Assembly: GCA_943372125.1 (NCBI GenBank)
Contig: CALRXI020000004.1
Location: 1,242-65,241, forward strand
Length of the DNA stretch: 64,000 nucleotides
From: Brevundimonas vancanneytii
Lineage (GTDB): Bacteria > Pseudomonadota > Alphaproteobacteria > Caulobacterales > Caulobacteraceae
Direction of reading: 5' to 3'
Shown piece after piece: positions 10,182-19,222 of the stretch. Position 1 is the stretch's first letter, and every line of letters starts with the position of its first letter. The translations under genes and the position numbers were made by a program. A model generated the notes under the pieces. That model was given only the letters and a program-made list of their open reading frames with translations, had not been told where the DNA came from and searched no databases.

Positions 10182-11780
10182 ATGTTTCGCAAGATGATGA
10201 GCGGTGCCGCCGTTGCCGCCGTGCTGCTGGCCGCCGGAGCCGTTCAGGCCCAGGATTTCTCGGCCGCCCGGCTCAGCGACGGAATCCGCACCATCAGCGA
10301 CGACAGCTTCCAGGGGCGCTATCCGGGCACCGAGGGCGAGCGGATGACCCTGGCCTGGTTGCAGGCACAGTATGAGGCGATGGGGCTGCAACCCGGCGGG
10401 CCGAACGGCCAGTGGCTGCAACCGATCGAACTGAAACGCTACACGCCCGCGCGCCCGGCGACGGCCAGCTGGGCCGGACCGGACGGCCAGTCGCGTCCGC
10501 TGACGGTCGGCACCGACATCGTCCTGCGCGCCGTCAGCAATGACGGCAAGGCGGATATCCAGAATGCGGGCGTGGTCTTCGCCGGCTACGGCATTTCGGC
10601 CCCGGAGCGGAACTGGGACGACTATGGCGACGTCGATGTGACGGGCAAGGTCGTCATCGTGGTGGCCGGTGAGCCCGAGGGCGACCTGTTCAACGGGGCC
10701 TATGCCACCAACTATCAGTCCGGCGCCTACAAAGCCGATGAGGCCAGGCGGCGCGGGGCCATCGGCGTGATCACCCTGGTCCCGCGCGTCGGCGGCGGCA
10801 ACGACCGTCGCCGGACGCTGACGCCGGGTGCGGCCGACACCGAATTCTCGGGCGCGATGACGGTCGAGGCCGCGACGGCCCTGGCCCAGGCGGCCGGTGT
10901 CGATCTGGCCGCGCTGCTGCCCACGACGGCCGGCGGCCAGTTCAAGGCGGTGGAAATGCCGGGCGTCAGCCTGTCGGTCAGCGCCGAGGAGACGATCGAC
11001 ACCCTGGTCACCCACAATCTGCTGGCCCGGATCGAAGGCAGCGAGCGCCCGAACGAGACCATCGTCTATTCCGCCCACTGGGACCACGTCGGCGGGGCGG
11101 AACAGCATCCGGGCATGACCGGCGACAACATCTTCAACGGGGCCTGGGACAATGCATCGGGCACCATCGGCGTGCTGGAAACCGCGCGTCAGTTCAGCCA
11201 GGCCCCGCGCCCGAAGCGCAGCATCGTCTTCGCCCATATGGCGGCCGAGGAGATGGGCCTGCTGGGTGCCTATGGCTATACCGCCGATCCGGTCTGGCCG
11301 CTGGAGACGACGGTGGCGGACATCAATATCGACATGCTGCCGCTGTCGGCCCCGACGAAGGACCTGGCCATCTTCGGCAAGGGGCAGAACGACCTGGAGG
11401 ACCGGCTGGAAGTCCTGGCCCAGGCCGAGGGCCGCTATGTCACCGACGACCGCGAGCCGGAGCAGGGGTATTATTACCGCTCCGACCACTTCCCCTTCGC
11501 CCGCGCCGGCGTGCCGGCCCTTATGCCGTGGCACGGCGTCGATCTGGACGAAGGCGGCACGGCGGTGGGCCTGCCGGCCTATCAGGCCAAGTTCGGGGCC
11601 GACTATCACAAGCCCAGCGACGAATGGTCCGCCGATCTGGATTTCAGCTCGGCGGTCGAAAACCTGACCCTGCTGTATCGCCTGGGCCTGGACCTGGCCA
11701 ACGGTACCGACTGGCCGACGTGGAAACCGGCCTCGGAGTTCGGGGCGGTGCGCGCGCGGACGGATCGCGCGCGGCAGTAG
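10182..11780 (+). CDS. M28 family metallopeptidase with PA domain, paralog 2
   Basis: Signal peptide; AHWDH, NGAWDNASG, AEEMGLLG, RSDH, YHK. GGAG RBS before ATG 10182. Confidence 0.92.
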   Translation: MFRKMMSGAAVAAVLLAAGAVQAQDFSAARLSDGIRTISDDSFQGRYPGTEGERMTLAWLQAQYEAMGLQPGGPNGQWLQPIELKRYTPARPATASWAGPDGQSRPLTVGTDIVLRAVSNDGKADIQNAGVVFAGYGISAPERNWDDYGDVDVTGKVVIVVAGEPEGDLFNGAYATNYQSGAYKADEARRRGAIGVITLVPRVGGGNDRRRTLTPGAADTEFSGAMTVEAATALAQAAGVDLAALLPTTAGGQFKAVEMPGVSLSVSAEETIDTLVTHNLLARIEGSERPNETIVYSAHWDHVGGAEQHPGMTGDNIFNGAWDNASGTIGVLETARQFSQAPRPKRSIVFAHMAAEEMGLLGAYGYTADPVWPLETTVADINIDMLPLSAPTKDLAIFGKGQNDLEDRLEVLAQAEGRYVTDDREPEQGYYYRSDHFPFARAGVPALMPWHGVDLDEGGTAVGLPAYQAKFGADYHKPSDEWSADLDFSSAVENLTLLYRLGLDLANGTDWPTWKPASEFGAVRARTDRARQ

Positions 11781-11855
11781 ACCCTCTGCGCGGTATGTCG
11801 CTTGTGACGCGCCTCGTGCCGTCGCAAGGTCGCCGGTGATGCAGCAGGTGATGTC

Positions 11856-12284
11856 ATGAACCGGTGGTCGCCGCGCCCCGCGCCGGGCGAGCCGGACGGA
11901 TTGATCCTGTTCGACGGGGTCTGCGTCTTCTGCTCGCGCTGGGTCCGGTTCGTAATCGATCGCGACCCAGAGCGCCGCTTTCGCTTCGTCGCAATCCAGA
12001 GCGAGGCGGGCCGGGCGCTGGCCACCCGGTATGGCATCGATGCGGATGCGCCCCAGACCAACGCCGTCATTCTGAACGGGCGCATCTGGTTCAAGTCGGA
12101 TGCGGCGCTGGCGGTCCTGAGTGAGCTGCCATCGACACGCGGCCTGCGCATGCTTCGTGCTGTGCCGACCGGGCTGCGAAATCCGATCTACGATCTGATC
12201 GCGCAGAACCGTTATCGGATCTTCGGCCGCACCGATGTCTGCATGGTCCCGTCAGCTCAAGACCGCGACCGGTTCATCGCGTGA
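11856..12284 (+). CDS. DCC1-like thiol-disulfide oxidoreductase (DUF393)
   Basis: LFDGVCVFC and YDLIAQNRYRIFG. Confidence 0.9.
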   Translation: MNRWSPRPAPGEPDGLILFDGVCVFCSRWVRFVIDRDPERRFRFVAIQSEAGRALATRYGIDADAPQTNAVILNGRIWFKSDAALAVLSELPSTRGLRMLRAVPTGLRNPIYDLIAQNRYRIFGRTDVCMVPSAQDRDRFIA

Positions 12285-13930
12285 CGCGCGTCCTGATCAT
12301 CGGCGCGGGCGGGGTGTTCGGCTCGCGGCTGGCCGAGGGTCTGCTTCGGAACGGGTTCGAAGTCGTGGTCGCCAGTCGGAATGAGCGGCGGGCGGAGGCG
12401 ATCGCTCGCCACCTGAGGAGCGCCTTCCCCGATGGGGAGATCGCCACCGCGCGGATCGATACGGCGACGGTCACGCCGACGGACCTGATCGCAACCGGCG
12501 CGACCATCGTCGTCGATGCCGCCGGGCCGTTTCAGGGTGCGGAGCCGACGGTGGCGCGGGCCGCGATCGCGGCGGGCCTGTCCTATGTCGATCTGGCCGA
12601 CGGGCGGGATTTCGTGGCAGCGTTTCCTGCCCTGGACGCGGCGGCAATGGCGGCGGGTGTGGTGGCTCTGACAGGGTGCAGCTCGACCCCGGCCCTGTCG
12701 CACGCCGTGCTGGAGCGCCTCAGACAGGGGTGGCGCGAGGTGGTGTCGGTCGAGGCCGCCATCTCGCCGGGAGCCAGGGCGCCACGCGGCCTGTCGGTCA
12801 TGCAGGCCATCCTTTCATGGCTGGGGCGGCCGGTGCGGGTGTTCGTCGACGGAGGCTGGGCCGAACGGCGCGGATGGGGCGGCCTTTATCGTCGGGACTT
12901 CGGACAAGCGGGGCGGCGGTGGGTCAGTCTGTGCGAAACGCCCGATCTGGACCTGCTGCCTTCGCGGTTCAGGCCAAGGGATCGGGCTCTGTTTCTGGCC
13001 GGGCTGGAGCCGTGGCCCGCGCATCTGGGGGCGTGGGTGCTGGCCAGGCTGGTCGCGGTGTTCCGGTTCGATCCGGTGCCGCTGGCGGGTCTTCTGATTC
13101 GCCTGTCTGTCTGGGCATCCGTTGTCGGGTCGGACCGGGGCGCGATGCGGGTCGAGGCTCTGGGGGTCGATGGCGATGGTCGGGCGGTGCGCGCCGTCTG
13201 GCGTCTGGTGGCCGAGCCGGGGGAAGGGCCTGTGACGCCCAGCCTTCCGGCGCTGGCGGCGATCAAGGCGATCGCTGCGGGCCGGGTGCCGACGGGGGCC
13301 GGGCCGTGCGTCGGCCTGCTGTCGCTGGACGACATCGAAGCGGAGATGGAGCCGCATGGCCTGGCGACCGAGATCATCGAGACGCGAGCCAGCCTGTTCG
13401 CCCGCGCCATCGGCCCGGCTTTCGAGACCCTGCCCCACCCTATCCGGGCTCTGCACGAGACGCCGGGTCGGTCGGTCTGGCGGGGCCGGGCGACGACCGA
13501 GGGGGCGGGCAGTCCGTTGGCGGCCCTCGTGGCGCGGCTCGTCGGCTTTCCGGGCGGGCAGGCGGATTGCGAGGCCGAGGTCCGGATCGACGCGGACGGC
13601 GAACGGTCGATCTGGCGGCGGCGGATCGGAGGACGGACCTTTTCCAGCGTCCTGTCACGGCCCGGCGACGGCGGGCGGATCGTCGAACGGTTCGGCGGGC
13701 TGAGTTTTCGTCTGCGGCTTACGCCCGAGGGGGACAGGCTGACCTACAGCGTCGAGCGATGGCGGATAGGCCCCCTCCCGCTGCCTCAGGCCCTGGCTCC
13801 CGAGACTCGGACGCACGAGGAGGTCGACGCCGAGGGGCGGTTCGTCTTCGACGTCGAGATATCGGTACCGTTGATCGGGCGGCTGGTGCGGTATCGCGGC
13901 TGGCTGGCGCGGGACCTCAGCGCTTCCTGA
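12281..13930 (+). CDS. Saccharopine dehydrogenase-like Rossmann protein with C-terminal DUF4166 domain
   Basis: GAGGVFG, DAAGPFQ, YVDLAD, GCSSTPALS. The C-terminus ...FDVEISVPLIGRLVRYRGWL is typical of DUF4166. GTGA overlap with the upstream gene. Confidence 0.8.
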   Translation: MTRVLIIGAGGVFGSRLAEGLLRNGFEVVVASRNERRAEAIARHLRSAFPDGEIATARIDTATVTPTDLIATGATIVVDAAGPFQGAEPTVARAAIAAGLSYVDLADGRDFVAAFPALDAAAMAAGVVALTGCSSTPALSHAVLERLRQGWREVVSVEAAISPGARAPRGLSVMQAILSWLGRPVRVFVDGGWAERRGWGGLYRRDFGQAGRRWVSLCETPDLDLLPSRFRPRDRALFLAGLEPWPAHLGAWVLARLVAVFRFDPVPLAGLLIRLSVWASVVGSDRGAMRVEALGVDGDGRAVRAVWRLVAEPGEGPVTPSLPALAAIKAIAAGRVPTGAGPCVGLLSLDDIEAEMEPHGLATEIIETRASLFARAIGPAFETLPHPIRALHETPGRSVWRGRATTEGAGSPLAALVARLVGFPGGQADCEAEVRIDADGERSIWRRRIGGRTFSSVLSRPGDGGRIVERFGGLSFRLRLTPEGDRLTYSVERWRIGPLPLPQALAPETRTHEEVDAEGRFVFDVEISVPLIGRLVRYRGWLARDLSAS

Positions 13931-15074
13931 CGAAGACCGTGCCTGCCGAATAGCCCGCGCCGAAGCTGCAGATCAGGCCGGTGTCGCCGGCCTCGAAGCC
14001 GTCGTGATGCAGGTGGAAGGCGATGATGGAACCGGCCGAGGAGGTGTTGGCGTAGTCGTCCAGGATGATGACGTTCTCATGCGGCTCGGGCTCGCGGCCC
14101 AGGACCTTGCGGCCGATGAACTGGTTCATGTTGATGTTGGCCTGGTGCAGCCACATCCTCTTGAGGGTCGTCGGGTCGATGCCCAGTTCGCCGGCATGGT
14201 CGACGATCATGTCCGACACCATCGGCACCACGTCCTTGAAGACCTTGCGCCCCTGCTGGATGAACAGCTTGTCATCCTGTGGGCCTACCGCTTCGCTGCT
14301 TGAGGCCGTGGGCGCCGATGCTTCATTCGGCTGCGCCCAGCGGTTCAGGAAGCCGAAGTTGTTGCGGATGTTGTTGGAGAAGCTGGTCTTCAGTCGCGTG
14401 CCCAGCACGTCCCAGCCGCCGGGTCCGGCGGTGTCGGAAGACTCCACGATCACGGCGGTGCAGACGTCGCCGAAGATGAAGTGGCTGTCGCGATCCTTGA
14501 AGTTCAGATGGGCGGAGCAGACCTCTGGATTGACCATCAGCACGGCCTTGACCGACCCGCCGGTGATGAAGTCCACGGCCGTCTTGATGCCGAAGGTCGC
14601 GCTGGAACAGGCGACGTTCATGTCGAAGGCGAAACCCTCGATGCCCAGGGCCTGCTGAACCTCGATGGCCAGGGCCGGATAGGGGCGCGGCATATTTGAC
14701 GCGGCGCACAGGACCGCCCCGATCTCGCTGACCGGCTTGCCCCAGGCGGCGACGGCCTGCCGGGCCGCCTTGACCGCCATCTCGGCCATGATCGACAGCT
14801 CGTCATTGCCGCGCTCGGGGATGTTGGGGGCCATGCGTTCGGGGTCGAGGACGCCCGCCTTGTCGAGCACGAAGCGCGACTTGATGCCCGAGGCCTTTTC
14901 GATGAATTCGACCGACGACGGCGTCAGGGGTGCGACGTCGCCCTCGACGATCTGGGCCGCGTGTTCGGCATTATAGGCGTCGGCATAGGCGTTGTAGGCC
15001 GTGACCAGTTCTTCGTTGGAGATCGACTGGTCGGGCGTGAACAGCCCGGTGGCGGCGATGACGGCGTGGGTCAA
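13917..15074 (-). CDS. Beta-ketoacyl-ACP synthase III (long, PA3286-like type)
   Basis: DMNVACSS (Cys), WLHQAN (His), ANTSSA (Asn), FGAG. TTG start. Confidence 0.92.
   Translation of the reverse strand: MTHAVIAATGLFTPDQSISNEELVTAYNAYADAYNAEHAAQIVEGDVAPLTPSSVEFIEKASGIKSRFVLDKAGVLDPERMAPNIPERGNDELSIMAEMAVKAARQAVAAWGKPVSEIGAVLCAASNMPRPYPALAIEVQQALGIEGFAFDMNVACSSATFGIKTAVDFITGGSVKAVLMVNPEVCSAHLNFKDRDSHFIFGDVCTAVIVESSDTAGPGGWDVLGTRLKTSFSNNIRNNFGFLNRWAQPNEASAPTASSSEAVGPQDDKLFIQQGRKVFKDVVPMVSDMIVDHAGELGIDPTTLKRMWLHQANINMNQFIGRKVLGREPEPHENVIILDDYANTSSAGSIIAFHLHHDGFEAGDTGLICSFGAGYSAGTVFVRKR
14282..14307 (-). repeat. Short copy of the CTCAAGCAGCGA hairpin element inside the KAS III gene
   Basis: Minus strand reads GGCCTCAAGCAGCGAAGCGGTAGGCC, sharing the core with 24857-24898 and 31632-31673. 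Confidence 0.75.
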
Positions 15075-15138
15075 GACAGGTCCGTTTCGGTTATGAACGC
15101 TCTAGATAGTCCTGTCTTGGAAGCCGGTCGAGGGGCAG

Positions 15139-15555
15139 CTAATCGACCAGACGACAGGCTATTGTGGGTGTTGTGATTTCTTGATCGCCCTTGAACCAGA
15201 GCCGGGCGGTAAAGCAGAGACGATCATCTCTACGAAGGTTCGGATAGGCGATCGCGAGATCGTAGTCTTCGTGGAGGACCTCGCCCGGCTCGATCACCTG
15301 GCAGCGATCACGGACAGAAATGAATGGGATGCCGGGTGCCCACGGAACGGGTCTGCCATTTCTTGACAGGTTGAACGAACGGACACCATGGCCCTGCTGA
15401 AGACAGAGAGGTCTGTCGCTGGTGTTGATTATCGCAATTTGGACCGCCGATATCTCCCGGTCAGTCTTTGCGATCAAGACTTCGGCAGACGGTTCGCCCG
15501 GAGCGGCTTGAGCCGGAATCGCGAGCAACAAGGCGGTCGTCAGGTTCGCCCACAT
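15139..15555 (-). CDS. Hypothetical exported protein
   Basis: Signal peptide (ALLLAIPAQAA), four Cys, less GC-biased codons. Starts 2 nt after the upstream stop. Confidence 0.65.
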   Translation of the reverse strand: MWANLTTALLLAIPAQAAPGEPSAEVLIAKTDREISAVQIAIINTSDRPLCLQQGHGVRSFNLSRNGRPVPWAPGIPFISVRDRCQVIEPGEVLHEDYDLAIAYPNLRRDDRLCFTARLWFKGDQEITTPTIACRLVD

Positions 15556-15557
15556 GC

Positions 15558-16394
15558 CTAGGCTTGTTTCCGGAACCGAGTCGCAAGGGTTCGTTCCGCC
15601 GCCGAAAGATGCAGGCGCTCGACCATCTGGCCGTCGATCTGGATCGCCCCCTTGCCATCTGACTCTGGCAAGCTAAACGCGGCGACGACCGTGCGAGCCC
15701 ATGCGATTTCGGCTTCGCTGGGCGCAAAAGCCGCATTGGCCCTTTCGATCTGGGACGGATGGATCAGGCTCTTGCCGTCGAAACCATACAGGCGACCCTG
15801 GGCGCATTCGGCGGCGAAGCCCTCGGTATCGCTGAAGCGATTGAAGACGCCATCGATGGCCAGCAGGTCGTGCGCGCGGGCCGTGGCGACCATCTGGGCC
15901 AGCCAGGGCTTAAGCGGTTCGCGGTCGGGGGACGGGCTGGTTCGGAGCATGGCGGCCAGATCGTTGGTACCCAGCATGAGCGCTTCCAGCGAACCATCGC
16001 TGGCGGCGATGTCGTTCAGGGCCAGCAGGGCGCGCGGCGTCTCTATCATGGCCCACACGGCGGTGCCGTGAGGGAGCCGGTTCGTCAGTGCCTTTAGCGC
16101 GGTCACATCCTCGACCTTGGGGACTACGAGAAGGTCAACGGCTGTGTCTGCGAGGGCGGCCAGATCGTCGGCACCCCATTCCGTATCGAGGGCGTTGATG
16201 CGAACGCCCAGGCGCGGGCCGAAACCTCCCGAACGGACAGCAACGACGGCGGCGGCCCGGGCCTCGATCTTGGCTTCGGGGGCGACGGCGTCTTCGAGGT
16301 CGAGGATGGCGACATCGCAGGCGAGGGAGCGCGCCTTTTCGATGGCCCGGGCATTGGAGGCCGGCAGATAAAGGACGCTGCGCGCGGGTCGCAT
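15558..16394 (-). CDS. HpcH/HpaI aldolase / citrate lyase beta (CitE-like CoA ester lyase)
   Basis: RSVLYLP, LDLEDAV, VRIN, MIETP, GTNDL, GKSLIHPSQI. Confidence 0.92.
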   Translation of the reverse strand: MRPARSVLYLPASNARAIEKARSLACDVAILDLEDAVAPEAKIEARAAAVVAVRSGGFGPRLGVRINALDTEWGADDLAALADTAVDLLVVPKVEDVTALKALTNRLPHGTAVWAMIETPRALLALNDIAASDGSLEALMLGTNDLAAMLRTSPSPDREPLKPWLAQMVATARAHDLLAIDGVFNRFSDTEGFAAECAQGRLYGFDGKSLIHPSQIERANAAFAPSEAEIAWARTVVAAFSLPESDGKGAIQIDGQMVERLHLSAAERTLATRFRKQA

Positions 16395-17071
16395 CACACC
16401 CGGCCCGTGACCGGAACCAGCGCTCCGGTCATCGCGCGGCTGTCGGGCGAGGCGAGAAACAGCATGACCCGGGCCAGATCGGCGGGCGCGACCCAGGTCG
16501 AGGGATCGGCATCCGGCATGTCGGCGCGGTTACGCTCGGTGTCCAGGATGGAGGGCAGGACGGCGTTGACGGTGACGGAGGTGGTCTTCAGCTCCTCGGC
16601 CAGGCTTTCGGTCAGGCGATGCACCGCCGCCTTGGAGGCCGCATAGGCCCCCATGCCCGCCGCGCTGCGCAGGGCGCCGTTGGCCCCGACATTGACGATC
16701 CGGCCTTCGTCCGATGCCTTCAGATGGGGCAGGGCGGCACGGCTGGCGTTCAGGGCGGTGGTCAGGTTCAGGGCGAACATCCGGTCCCAGGCCGGCTTGT
16801 CGTCGTCGGTCGTCTGCCAGACGAAGCCGCCCGCGATATTCAGCAGGGCGTCGATACGGCCAAAGCGGGTCATGACCGCCGCGATCGCCTTGTCCGCCGC
16901 CGCCGCATCCGTCAGATCGACGCCGCCCAGTTCCTGAACCCCCGCTGGAGCCGCATGGCCCATGGCGTGATCGATGATGGCGACACTCAATCCGTCCGCC
17001 AAGGCCTGTTCGACCACGGCCCGGCCCAGGTCGCCGTGACCTCCGGTGACGATGATGACGCGGTTGCTCAT
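16394..17071 (-). CDS. Short-chain dehydrogenase/reductase
   Basis: TGGHGDLG, NIAGG and YAASK. Confidence 0.92.
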   Translation of the reverse strand: MSNRVIIVTGGHGDLGRAVVEQALADGLSVAIIDHAMGHAAPAGVQELGGVDLTDAAAADKAIAAVMTRFGRIDALLNIAGGFVWQTTDDDKPAWDRMFALNLTTALNASRAALPHLKASDEGRIVNVGANGALRSAAGMGAYAASKAAVHRLTESLAEELKTTSVTVNAVLPSILDTERNRADMPDADPSTWVAPADLARVMLFLASPDSRAMTGALVPVTGRV

Positions 17072-17209
17072 GGTCGGCGCTCCGAAAAAATACAGTCCAC
17101 TGAGTCCACTCAGTCCATCTGGTAAGGGTCAGCCCGTCGACCGCGCCGCCGGGGTGCCAGCGTGGCAGGGTCGAAAGACTATGTCATGAGGCGGCGTCAA
17201 ATTCGGTCG

Positions 17210-17704
17210 TCAGGCGGCGAACACCTCGGCCAGCAGGCGCTCCAACGCCTCGGCATCCACCGCGTCGAAAGCGGAGACTTCGGTGGCGTCCACATCGAAG
17301 ACGGCGATCAACTGGCCCGATGCATCGACGACCGGCACCACGATCTCGCTGGCCGAGCGGGCGTCGCAGGCGATGTGGCCGGGGAAGGCATGGACGTCCT
17401 CGACGATCTGGGTCTGACGCGTGGCCGCCGCGGTCCCGCACACACCGCGTCCGAAGGCGATCCGGAGGCAACCCAAGGTGCCCTGGTAGGGGCCGACGAC
17501 CAGTTCGTCCGTCTTCGTCTCATCGACCACATAGAAGCCGGTCCAGAAGAAGAGCGGAAAGGCGTCCGCCAGCATGGAGGCGACGGTGGCCATGCGCGCC
17601 ACCCGGTTCGGCTCGCCGTCCAGCACGGCCAGGATCTCGGCCTCGACCTCGGCATAGCGGGTGGCCTTGTCGGCGGGGCGGTCGTCGCGGGCGATGTAGG
17701 ACAT
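17210..17704 (-). CDS. msrC: GAF-domain free methionine-R-sulfoxide reductase
   Basis: WTGFY, GPYQGTLGC, GRGVCG, HIACD, SEIVVP. Confidence 0.85.
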   Translation of the reverse strand: MSYIARDDRPADKATRYAEVEAEILAVLDGEPNRVARMATVASMLADAFPLFFWTGFYVVDETKTDELVVGPYQGTLGCLRIAFGRGVCGTAAATRQTQIVEDVHAFPGHIACDARSASEIVVPVVDASGQLIAVFDVDATEVSAFDAVDAEALERLLAEVFAA

Positions 17705-17762
17705 GAGGTCTCCGGGGGCTCCGGGCAGTGGGCAGCCCCGATTTAGGCTTCGTCAGCGGATT

Positions 17763-17838
17763 TGGTAGGCGTGGAGGGACTCGAACCCCCAACCAGACCG
17801 TTATGAGCGGTCGGCTCTAACCATTGAGCTACACGCCC
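17763..17838 (-). tRNA. tRNA-Ile2 (anticodon CAT, lysidine-modified)
   Basis: GGGCGTGTAGCTCAATGGTTAGAGCCGACCGCTCATAACGGTCTGGTTGGGGGTTCGAGTCCCTCCACGCCTACCA: 76 nt with encoded CCA. Position 1:72 is paired and the anticodon stem lacks three G-C pairs, so it is not fMet. The body resembles alphaproteobacterial Ile2. Confidence 0.9.
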
Positions 17839-18038
17839 GCCGTGGGCGTGGCCTAGCAGGGCGGCGGCGGGCTTGCCAAGAGCGGTCTGCAACCGCCGGC
17901 CTGTCTGCGAATTCATGCAGATGAACGGCGTCTGTCGCCGTCACCGTCCCGGCGTTCAGCCGACAGGCGTCACTGTGGCGACACGGTTGATCGACACGGT
18001 CATGCCGGATGGATCGTCACTGAGTTACGGAGACCAAG

Positions 18039-18800
18039 ATGAAAACCCTTTCCCGCGCCCTGGTTCTGGGCGGCGTCATGATGGCGTCGGGCCTGATGAC
18101 CACTACGGCCATGGCCCAGTCGCAGCCGAACGGCGGCGCGCCCCTGACCATACAGGCGGTGACCGAGCGCCCGTCGCTGAACCTGTCGGCCTACGGCGAG
18201 GTCAAGGCCGCGCCGGACATGGCGACCATCAGCTTTGGCGTCGTGACGGAAGCCGCCACCGCCGCCGAGGCGATGCAGCAGAATGCGACCCGCATGACCC
18301 AGGTCATGACCGCCCTGCGCCGCGCCGGAATCAATGAGCGCGACGTCCAGACCAGTGGCCTGAACCTGTCGGCCCAGTACGACTACGTCCAGAACGAGCC
18401 GCCGAAACTGCGCGGCTATCAGGCCAACAACCGGGTGACGGTGATCATCAACGATCTGTCGAAGGTCGGAACGACCGCCGATGCCGTGGTCGCCGCGGGC
18501 GTCAACCAGATCGACGGCATCAGCTTCGGCCTGAAGGACCCGTCGTCGGCCGAGAACGAGGCGCGTCGTCTGGCGGTCCGCAATCTGCAGGCCAAGGCGG
18601 CGCTGTACGCCGACGCCCTGGGCACGCCGCTGGGCAGCATCCGCTCGCTGTCGGAAGGCGGCGGCTATGCGCCCCAGCCGCCGATGCCGATGTATGCTGC
18701 GCGGGCCATGTCGATGGATGCCGGAGCTTCGACCCCGGTCGCAGCGGGTGAACTGTCGATCCGCATCGACATCACGGGTGTTTACGACCTGAACCGCTAA
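18039..18800 (+). CDS. SIMPL (DUF541, BP26-like) periplasmic protein
   Basis: Signal peptide; GEVKAAPDMATI, GYQANNRVTV, AGVNQIDGISF. Confidence 0.92.
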   Translation: MKTLSRALVLGGVMMASGLMTTTAMAQSQPNGGAPLTIQAVTERPSLNLSAYGEVKAAPDMATISFGVVTEAATAAEAMQQNATRMTQVMTALRRAGINERDVQTSGLNLSAQYDYVQNEPPKLRGYQANNRVTVIINDLSKVGTTADAVVAAGVNQIDGISFGLKDPSSAENEARRLAVRNLQAKAALYADALGTPLGSIRSLSEGGGYAPQPPMPMYAARAMSMDAGASTPVAAGELSIRIDITGVYDLNR

Positions 18801-18802
18801 AT

Positions 18803-18870
18803 GGAGCGCGGACCTCCAGGTCCGCAAGCCTTCTTCACTTCCCGAAAGCGGACCTGGAGGTCCGCGCTCC
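18803..18870. repeat. REP doublet (REPIN-like), probably also a bidirectional terminator
   Basis: Perfect 23-bp inverted repeat GGAGCGCGGACCTCCAGGTCCGC. Each unit contains the palindrome GCGGACCT-CC-AGGTCCGC. Lies between convergent genes. Confidence 0.8.
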
Positions 18871-18879
18871 CTGAAGGCG

Positions 18880-19221
18880 CTATGATCCTTCCTCGTCCGT
18901 CGCGGGCGGGGAGGGGTCATACGTCCACTCCCGCGCCACCACCATAAGCATCGCGACGTTGAAGCCATAGCCGATGATGAAGACCGCCAGGGTCGTGACG
19001 GAATCCAGACCGGCCAGCAACGGCACGAGGCTCCAGGGCGCGGTCAGGATGCGGGCCGGCAGGAAGCTGAGGCTGTCCAGCGACAGGCCCAGCGCGCTCA
19101 GCCCGATCGGCGTGGCCATCATCACCGCTGCACCCCCCGCCAGCACATAGGCGGCGAACAGCGGCCAGCGCAGGTTGGACAGAAGGCGGATCGCGGCGCG
19201 GAAGCCCTTGCTGTCGCTCAT
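18880..19221 (-). CDS. Hypothetical membrane protein
   Basis: Two to three hydrophobic segments; starts immediately after the upstream stop. Confidence 0.65.
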   Translation of the reverse strand: MSDSKGFRAAIRLLSNLRWPLFAAYVLAGGAAVMMATPIGLSALGLSLDSLSFLPARILTAPWSLVPLLAGLDSVTTLAVFIIGYGFNVAMLMVVAREWTYDPSPPATDEEGS

Positions 19222-19222
19222 C

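Noticed and set aside
17705-17762. Possible integrative element at the tRNA 3' end
   Set aside because: There is no integrase and no duplicated tRNA 3' fragment in the window, only a short GC hairpin before msrC.
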